From: Smithellaceae bacterium
GTDB taxonomy: Bacteria > Desulfobacterota > Syntrophia > Syntrophales > Smithellaceae
Reading direction: 5' to 3'
DNA length: 64,000 nt
Assembly: GCA_963667845.2 (NCBI GenBank)
Contig: CAXXVL010000001.1
Location: 832,001-896,000 of the forward strand
How positions within the stretch are numbered: the stretch's first letter is position 1; each line of letters starts with the position of its first letter. The notes under the pieces were generated by a model that did not search any database, was not told the origin of the DNA, and saw nothing but the letters and a program-made list of their open reading frames with translations. Below, piece by piece: positions 57,338 to 64,000 of the stretch. The position numbers and the translations under genes are program-made.

Positions 57338-59278
57338 ATGATGAGCGCACTGAGTAGTATTTTATCGCCTTTGAAGATCAGGTCGATGGAACTTTCCAAC
57401 CGGGTGGTTATGCCCCCCATGGGGACGAATCTGGGAAACAAAGATGGAACGGTCAGCGACGAGAATCTTGCCTACATTACACGCCGCGCCAAAGGGCAGC
57501 CCGGCCTGATCATCACGGAGATCACCGGCGTTCATCCCGACGGCGTAGTGGGCCCCAGCCAGATCGGCGCCTACGATGACCGCTTTATTCCGGGGCTCGC
57601 GAAAATGGCCGAGGCGGCGCATAAAGAAGGCTGCAAGATCGCCATGCAGATTCATCACACCGGACGGGAAAGCCTATATCTTCTGGGAAAGGGCAGGGCC
57701 ATGGCGCCGTCTGCCATACCGAGCATCGTTTTTAAGGGCATGCCCAGGGAAATGACGCTTACCGATATCAAGGAAGCCATTGCCTGCTTCGGATCGGCGG
57801 CCGGGCGCGCGCGGGAAGCCGGCTTTGATGCCGTGGAAATTCACGGCGCCCACGGTTATCTTTTAACGCAGTTTCTCTCGACCCTGACCAACCAGCGGTC
57901 CGATCAGTACGGCGGAGCAACATTGAAAGAACGATCGCGGTTTGTTCTCGAAGTCATCGCGGAAGTCCGGCGTCAGGTGGGTCCTGACTATCCTGTTTCC
58001 ATCCGACTCTCCGCTCAGGAATTCATCAAGGGCGGTTACAGCGCGGAAGACATGCAGACAATTATTCCTGATATCGTGAAAGCCGGAGCCGATATGATTC
58101 ACGCGTCTTTCGGCACCCACGGCAGCCCCGGCGGCATCACCCAGGCGCCCGGCGAATACGCTCCCGGCTTTAATGTCTGGATTGCGAAAAAAATGAAGGA
58201 CGTTACCTCCGTACCGGTTATTGCCGTTGGCCGCTTTACCGATCCGGCCGCAGCCGATGCGGCCATTGCCAAAGGCGACGCGGATCTGATTGCTTTCGGG
58301 CGGCAGTTTTTGGCCGACCCGGATTTTCTTGTAAAAGCCAAAGCAGGCCGGACAGCGGACATCCGGCAATGTATCGCGTGCAACCAGGGATGCATCGAAA
58401 GAGAAATGCTGGGAGAAGGAAATATCCGCTGTTCCATCAATCCCGAAACCGGTCAGGAAACCATCTATCCCAAAGGTCCGGCGGCCAAACCCCGGAACGT
58501 TTGGGTTGTGGGTTCCGGCCCCGCAGGCCTGATTGCCGCCTCCGAGGCCGAACGTCTCGGACATCAGGTCACCCTTTTTGAAAAGAAGAAAATTATGGGC
58601 GGGCAGATCCGCTACGCGCAGGTTCCTCCGCACAAAGAGATTTACGGCGAATGGATCGACTGGCAGATTGGCCAGATCGAGAAGTCCAAAGTGACCATCA
58701 AAAAAGAGACCGAAGTCACGGAAGCGCTGCTTGCAGGCGGAAAGCCTGATTTTGTCATTGTGGCCACGGGCGGAGAAAAAGTTGTTCCTCCCATCGCCGG
58801 CGTTGATCAATCATTTGTTTGCGATGCCTGGCAAATTCTGGACGGCCGGGTTGCTCCCGGAAAAAATGTTGTCGTCATCGGCGGCGGGCTCATCGGCATG
58901 GAAGTGGCGGACTATCTCAGCGAAAAGGGCGTCAAAGTCACGGTTGTCGAAATGCTGAAACGCTCGCCCGTGCTGAAAATCACGTCCCATGGCTACATGC
59001 TGCATAACCGCTTGCGCGAAAGGGGTTGCCGGCTGATCTTTGGTATAGAAGTCAAATCCATTGGCGACGGCTGTGTGGAGTGCAGCGCGGACAACGAAGC
59101 ATCGACACTCTCTCCCGTGGACCAGGTGGTGATTGCCGTCGGGATGAAACCCGTCAACGCCCTGCAGGGCGTTCTGGAGAAGCTGGCGATTCCCTTTACC
59201 CTGGTCGGCGACGCCAAGGCGACAAGAAGAATCATCGAGGCCACGGAAGAAGGCGCGCGCGCGGCCTGGGCGCTGTAA
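57338..59278 (+). CDS. NADH:flavin oxidoreductase (2,4-dienoyl-CoA reductase-like, OYE + 4Fe-4S + FAD)
   Basis: NRVVMPPM, EIHGAHGYLL.QF, R.DQYGG, CIACNQGC..C, GSGPAG, GGG.IG.E.A. Confidence 0.92.
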   Translation: MMSALSSILSPLKIRSMELSNRVVMPPMGTNLGNKDGTVSDENLAYITRRAKGQPGLIITEITGVHPDGVVGPSQIGAYDDRFIPGLAKMAEAAHKEGCKIAMQIHHTGRESLYLLGKGRAMAPSAIPSIVFKGMPREMTLTDIKEAIACFGSAAGRAREAGFDAVEIHGAHGYLLTQFLSTLTNQRSDQYGGATLKERSRFVLEVIAEVRRQVGPDYPVSIRLSAQEFIKGGYSAEDMQTIIPDIVKAGADMIHASFGTHGSPGGITQAPGEYAPGFNVWIAKKMKDVTSVPVIAVGRFTDPAAADAAIAKGDADLIAFGRQFLADPDFLVKAKAGRTADIRQCIACNQGCIEREMLGEGNIRCSINPETGQETIYPKGPAAKPRNVWVVGSGPAGLIAASEAERLGHQVTLFEKKKIMGGQIRYAQVPPHKEIYGEWIDWQIGQIEKSKVTIKKETEVTEALLAGGKPDFVIVATGGEKVVPPIAGVDQSFVCDAWQILDGRVAPGKNVVVIGGGLIGMEVADYLSEKGVKVTVVEMLKRSPVLKITSHGYMLHNRLRERGCRLIFGIEVKSIGDGCVECSADNEASTLSPVDQVVIAVGMKPVNALQGVLEKLAIPFTLVGDAKATRRIIEATEEGARAAWAL

Positions 59279-59320
59279 AAACATACGGAATAAAATATTT
59301 TAGATCCCCCTTTTTTTACC

Positions 59321-59369
59321 GGGACGGGGGAGATTTGCAAGCGATGAGCTTGAGAATCTCCCCCGTCCC
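59321..59369. repeat. Long GC-rich hairpin (REP-like/terminator)
   Basis: GGGACGGGGGAGATT/AATCTCCCCCGTCCC perfect 15-bp IR with inner CAAGC/GCTTG. Confidence 0.75.
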
Positions 59370-59825
59370 ATTGCTTTGTAAAATGTTTTTCCCGAGTCAT
59401 TTCGGCGCCTGCCGGGGAGAAATCTTCTTCTCAGAAATTAGAGCGGATGGCAGACAGTAAAGACAGTTGAAATGGACGCCGGTGAAGACAAGTCTCACCT
59501 GCGTTTTTCAGTTTCGGGAAATTGAGAATTTCAGGGACATCTCCTCCAACCGTCGTTCATCAATCGCATCGCCGAAATCACTCAAGTCATTCCGCGCGGG
59601 ATAACAGCTTCATTGAGGATGCCAAAAGAACAAAAGCAGGCAGCCCCGTGTGTTATTGTGCAACGGAAAAGCAAAAGGAGAGCCTTAAATGGTTCGCGCA
59701 AATGCAGAAACGAACACAGTCGGCCATTACGGATGCGGTTCGGAGCGGGAAGGCGATTGTTAAGAACAATTCTTGCCTGATGGAATGAAGATAAGTTGAT
59801 ATTTTGCAGTCCGTATCGCCTGGGT

Positions 59826-61655
59826 TTAGATCTGATGGACCCAGTCGATTGTCAGAGCTTGCGCCATTTCGGACAATCCTTCGAAAGTCACACGAATGCA
59901 ATAGTGTTTTTCTTCTTTCCGGGTATGCCGGACGATGGCCTTTACGCCGTTCAAATGCTTCAGGGATTGATCCTCGATATGCAGCATAATTTGCGAACCG
60001 ACACCCAGTGGACCTGACACTTCCAGCAATGCCCCACCCGGTCCTGCATTGGTAAGCACTGCGTTCTGGACTTCATCCGCCAGTCCCTCCAGGTGATATT
60101 GAATATTCATATGAATGTTTCGGCGCATGGCCTGGCGCGACACCCTTGAGGCAGAGGTTGCCTCGAATACCTCGACAAGAGTCTCCCGTCCCTTTACCGT
60201 GATCGGCTCCATTTTTTTGAGCGTCGCTTCCCGCCCGAGCTCGTCGGCGACCTGTTTCGTGATGACAATCTGACCGGCCCCGGCGGCGCTGCATAGACGG
60301 GCGGCCAAATTGATATTATCTCCGATAGCCGTGTAGGTCATCCGTTCCTGAGATCCCATGTTGCCCATTACGACATCACCGCTGTTGACACCGATGCCGA
60401 CGCTCATCTGCTTTTTGCCGAGCTTGGTCCGCGCGCGATTGAGCGTCTTGCAGAAGCGCTGAATTTCAACGGCCGCCCGGACGGCATTGAGTTCCTGATC
60501 TTTCCCCTCAAAGATCGCCATAATTTCATCGCCGACGTACTTGTCCACGATGCCACCCCGGCTGCCGATAATGCCGGCCTGCATATTGAGATAGACATTG
60601 AGAACCTCCACAACTTCTTCCGGGCTCATCTGCTCGGACATGGAGGTAAAGCCCCGTACATCGGAAAACAGCGCTGTTACATATTTTCTTTCTCCGCCCA
60701 GCTTCAGATCGGACGTGTCGCGTGCTTTGCGGATGCGTTTCAACGTGGAGTGAGAAAGGTATTTCTCCATATAAAATTTTTCCCGGAGGCTCAAAACCAT
60801 CTGATTGAAAGACTCGGTCAACTTGCCGATCTCGTCCTTGTAGGCAACTTTCAACTGCTGATTCAAATCACCCGAAGCGACGATCTGCATGCCGACGGCC
60901 AGCGTGTAAATCGGTCCGGTGAGTACCTTCGACAAGGCAAGGGCAATTAACAAGCCGATGGCCACAAAAATCAAGGATATCCAGAAAAAAATCATTTTTT
61001 GCTTGCCGATGGCTTCTTGCAGTTCTTTTTCAGAAAGGCCGATCCGGGCCGTGCCGACGCGGATATTTTTTTCATGGTACAGAATCGTAATCGGCATGGC
61101 CGCATCGATGACCGACTCAGAATTATAAACGGTTTTCTGAAAAAGAAGCTGCTGCGCCGCCAGAGTGTTTTTATCCAGAGGAGCGGAAAGCGTCTTGCCT
61201 TTTTCCGTCAGTTTACTGTGGACAAAAATCGCGCCCTGGCCATCCAAAACCATGGCGTAAACTACGCCTGAGTTTTTCTGCAGGTCTTTGATCGTGGCAA
61301 AAGCAAGCAGGTCGTCCTTGGTCATCAAAGACTCCTTGCCGACGCCGGCCAACTGCTGAACGATTACCGCCGCGCGCTTTTCAAGTTCCTCTTCCAGAAT
61401 ACTTTTCTGCTTTGAGAATGTGACCATCCCTAGAGAGGCGATCGCCAGAACCAGAATCAAAACCAACGCTCCCGCTATTTTATAGCGGATGCTCATGGAC
61501 GATACGAAAAATGAAATCTTTGTGTATGCACTGAGGGGAGGCAGAGGCTTGCGCTCTTCGACGCTCGTCAGAGCGGTCGTGGCGGAGAGGGCGGACTCCT
61601 CTTGAGGAATATCGATTATTCTTTCGCTCTTCTCATCCAGCTTGCCGGGGCTCAT
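59826..61655 (-). CDS. Membrane class III adenylate cyclase: TM-sensor-TM-HAMP-CHD-PilZ
   Basis: Two TMs; HAMP (DEIG.L..SFN.M); LFSDVRGFT, DKYVGDEIMA, YTAIGD.INLAARL; C-terminal RQAMR and NAGPGG PilZ-like motifs. Confidence 0.88.
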   Translation of the reverse strand: MSPGKLDEKSERIIDIPQEESALSATTALTSVEERKPLPPLSAYTKISFFVSSMSIRYKIAGALVLILVLAIASLGMVTFSKQKSILEEELEKRAAVIVQQLAGVGKESLMTKDDLLAFATIKDLQKNSGVVYAMVLDGQGAIFVHSKLTEKGKTLSAPLDKNTLAAQQLLFQKTVYNSESVIDAAMPITILYHEKNIRVGTARIGLSEKELQEAIGKQKMIFFWISLIFVAIGLLIALALSKVLTGPIYTLAVGMQIVASGDLNQQLKVAYKDEIGKLTESFNQMVLSLREKFYMEKYLSHSTLKRIRKARDTSDLKLGGERKYVTALFSDVRGFTSMSEQMSPEEVVEVLNVYLNMQAGIIGSRGGIVDKYVGDEIMAIFEGKDQELNAVRAAVEIQRFCKTLNRARTKLGKKQMSVGIGVNSGDVVMGNMGSQERMTYTAIGDNINLAARLCSAAGAGQIVITKQVADELGREATLKKMEPITVKGRETLVEVFEATSASRVSRQAMRRNIHMNIQYHLEGLADEVQNAVLTNAGPGGALLEVSGPLGVGSQIMLHIEDQSLKHLNGVKAIVRHTRKEEKHYCIRVTFEGLSEMAQALTIDWVHQI

Positions 61656-62134
61656 GATCCGCTCATCTCTTTAAGTCTCTTGAGGATTTGATCGACTTTT
61701 TTGACATTTTCCCGCGCCTTTTCGGCTAAATCGGTCTTGCGGTCCAGCTTGATCACCGTCTGCCAGGCCTCTTTTGCCTGCTCGAATTTGTCCTGGGCGT
61801 AATACCTCATCCCGATGTTGTAATATTTTTGCTGGATCGCCGGAATATTGCCCCCCGTCGGAGGATGCGATGTCGATTCCTTATGCGCAGGCGTTTGTTC
61901 CCGATCCCGGTGTTTCTCCACCACGGCGGGCGCTTTGGACGGGCTGTCCTTGACCACTCCCTTGGGACGAGGTTTTGTATCCTCGGAACGAGGTTTAACA
62001 TCCTCGGAAGCAGCGGGAGATTTGGGAGCGTCTTTCGGCTCCGTTTTCTTGGTCTGCTCCGTAAAAAAAGAACAGGAAACGAAAAAAACCACTGCGGTGG
62101 CAAACAAAAAAATGTTTGTTACGTTTATTTTCAT
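61652..62134 (-). CDS. Lipoprotein with C-terminal TPR
   Basis: FFVSC lipobox-like; Pro/Lys/Ser linker; YYN.G..YY..D.F..A..AW..VI.LD; ATGA overlap with the cyclase. Confidence 0.7.
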   Translation of the reverse strand: MKINVTNIFLFATAVVFFVSCSFFTEQTKKTEPKDAPKSPAASEDVKPRSEDTKPRPKGVVKDSPSKAPAVVEKHRDREQTPAHKESTSHPPTGGNIPAIQQKYYNIGMRYYAQDKFEQAKEAWQTVIKLDRKTDLAEKARENVKKVDQILKRLKEMSGS

Positions 62135-62586
62135 ATCCCATACCGCAATGTTCTCTGAAAATTAAATGCTTCGCCTCTTTTGCCTTTGTGCGTTCCGGTG
62201 GACGCGGGACAATGCCGACTTGAAAATGGATTGAAGTATAAGAAGAACAACCCCGCCTGTCAATGAAAAAGTCAGTCGCTGTAAGAGACAATAATATGTC
62301 CGGACATGCGGCACATAACCTGTCCGGTTTGGAAGCTGCCTGTGAGAGGTGGCGAATGAAGCGGCCGGTGATGTTACAGGAGATGCGGAGAAGGCGATTT
62401 GCAGAGCTTTATGAGGACTGAGCGGGATAAGGGGGCCAAGTTTGCGCTGAGGCATGTTCGCTTTCTTTCATGGCTGTTGTCCGGCTGCGCACCGGTTGCG
62501 ATTAAGAAATAAAGATCATTTGGGGCGCCGGGGCATTTGAGATTTCTTGATTGGTCCCCCATCAATAATTTTCTTTTCTGATCTTC

Positions 62587-63237
62587 TTAACCGGATTCCG
62601 GGATGATCGCCTTCAGGATGGTCTCTTCGGCCAGGTCCAGGTATTCTTCGTGGGTGTATCTTTTCAAATTCCAGCTTCTCAAGGGGTAAAGCGAAAGCTG
62701 GAAGACCAGCATGTTGGCTGCGAAAAAAGGATCCCTGACGCTGAAAACCTTTTGTTCAACGCCTCTGGCAATGATGCCTTCAAAGATTTTGACGAGATCA
62801 TTTTCTTTATTTAAAACAAATTTCAGGAATTTGGGGGGAAGGACTCTGGTTTCACGATACATCATGAGAACATCATTTACGACTTCATGGATCATGATCA
62901 GCATTTGATGAAGACCGAATTTCAACTGTTCTTTTGGGTCTTCTATTTCAAAAACCCCGGCGCTTACAAACCACTCCATTGCAGGCCCGTGATATGTGTT
63001 AAAGGCAAGGCAAAGAATGTCTTCTTTGCTGTCGATATAACTATACAGGTTTCCCAGGTTGATGCCTGTCGCTTTTGCGATATCGCGCATGGTGGTTTGC
63101 GAATAACCTTTTTTGATGAATAACTTGGAAGCTTTTTTTACAATCAGACGTTGACGCTTCTGAATGGGGTCCCGGCGCTCACTCTCGGGTTGCCCTGCTG
63201 TTTCAGAACGACGGTTGCTGTTTTTGGTTTTGTTCAT
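62587..63237 (-). CDS. TetR/AcrR family transcriptional regulator
   Basis: A.KLF..KGY..TTMRDIA.ATGIN.GNLYSY..SKEDIL. Confidence 0.93.
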   Translation of the reverse strand: MNKTKNSNRRSETAGQPESERRDPIQKRQRLIVKKASKLFIKKGYSQTTMRDIAKATGINLGNLYSYIDSKEDILCLAFNTYHGPAMEWFVSAGVFEIEDPKEQLKFGLHQMLIMIHEVVNDVLMMYRETRVLPPKFLKFVLNKENDLVKIFEGIIARGVEQKVFSVRDPFFAANMLVFQLSLYPLRSWNLKRYTHEEYLDLAEETILKAIIPESG

Positions 63238-63630
63238 TGAGTCCTCTTTTATCGGGTCACGCTTAATGTGTCTTGATTATCCCGGCGATGCAAATGCAGG
63301 AATTTACCATCCCGTACGAAGCTGACCCGCATCACTCCAGAAAATGTAATGCAGGTCGCGATTACTTTGATACGCAGTGCATTTGTGATCTTAAATTGTT
63401 TCTTGAATCAAATTTTCAATACCAGAGCCTTTCATTAAAATCAAGTTTTGCGCAAATGGATCATCAAAAGACGTAATTCGCAAAAGGGCGGGAGCGAATA
63501 TTCATGCCGGAAGGCCAAACGCAAATTCAGCGAGTGCGCCTGCCCCCGGCAATTCCTGAAAAGCAGACACCTTTGGATTGTTTGATCCCGCGACGTGACC
63601 GGCAATTTCTCCTCAAAAAATTGTTATGCA

Positions 63631-63728
63631 ATCAACCACCTCGCAGCAAGCTGTCGCGGCATGAAATGAAAGTCATTATTTCACACCAAGCTGCGGAGAA
63701 TTACGCTCGTCCCGCAGAGCGGGATTAA
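63631..63728 (-). repeat. Dispersed repeat family A, full copy (reverse orientation)
   Basis: Reverse complement TTAATCCCGCTC..GACGAGCGTAATTCTCC..AGCTTG..AATAATGA..TCATTTCAT..CGACAGCTTGCTGCGAGGTGGTTGAT. Confidence 0.85.
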
Positions 63729-63761
63729 GAAACAAACGGAGCTTATCAGATTTAGATTTTA

Positions 63762-63776
63762 AAAACAAACGTATGT
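63762..63776. promoter_or_regulatory. Putative operator identical to 55359-55373
   Basis: AAAACAAACGTATGT between the divergent tetR and the next gene. Confidence 0.55.
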
Positions 63777-63975
63777 ATTAAATAATCTTGTATGTATTTG
63801 ATATATATATGAATATTTAAATCAAAAATGTATTGAATATAAAATTATTATTGTGTATTAGTGAGGGCGGGATGGACAGGATAAAACAAATTCCGCCACT
63901 TCCTTAGCGGATATTTACTGAATAATTATCTCGATGAGCATAGATAAACAAATTTTTTAAAGGAGGTACCACATT

Positions 63976-64000
63976 TTGGAAGCAAAACCTTGGTTAAGTT
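63976..64000 (+). CDS. Start of a gene (partial), possibly long-chain acyl-CoA ligase
   Basis: AGGAGG RBS, TTG start, MEAKPWLS; the KPWL N-terminus is typical of FadD-like ligases; only 8 codons are visible. Confidence 0.4.

Noticed and set aside
5353..58810. Long antisense ORFs (e.g. 5353-6603, 15832-16971, 33460-34500, 38013-39461, 48396-49538, 57863-58810)
   Set aside because: They overlap well-supported genes on the other strand, show no recognisable motifs, and are expected from GC-rich codon bias.
59522..59788. 88-aa ORF between the oxidoreductase and the cyclase
   Set aside because: No clear RBS or motif; cannot be supported without a search.

Overview
Bacterial chromosomal window, most consistent with a syntrophic Deltaproteobacterium of the Syntrophales (Smithella/Syntrophus-like). 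That placement is inferred from gene content: the zapB-zapA-6S-rny-ymdB-tyrS block, a TIGR03960/DUF2344 radical SAM, a zinc-ribbon/DUF3426 protein, and fatty-acid redox enzymes with TetR. Bases 1-5.2 kb are an AT-richer accessory stretch: a complete IS3-family element (3-bp TSD) inserted in a membrane-anchor gene, a YefM/YoeB toxin-antitoxin pair, ankyrin, Cys-rich and GT2 genes, and two decayed attC-like sites. About 8.6-11.6 kb is an AT-richer glycan-modification insert (beta-propeller::pyruvyltransferase fusion plus a GT9-like gene) abutting a truncated dehydrogenase. The rest is mostly housekeeping: ppdK (with a ~100-aa histone-H1-like tail), a HelY-like helicase, uvrB, hpt, tsaC, purE, cyclophilin, split purH, PBP1A, an archaeal-looking purD, two CNNM proteins, frameshifted glmU, dusB, 6S RNA, rny and tyrS. 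The right end has a putative fatty-acid redox cluster with shared operator-like motifs and a HAMP-adenylate cyclase-PilZ protein. Intergenic DNA carries at least two dispersed miniature-element families (one ERIC-like) and TAG-rich 7-8-mer arrays at gene ends. No CRISPR, rRNA or tRNA was seen. All family calls come from motif recognition by eye; no searches were run.
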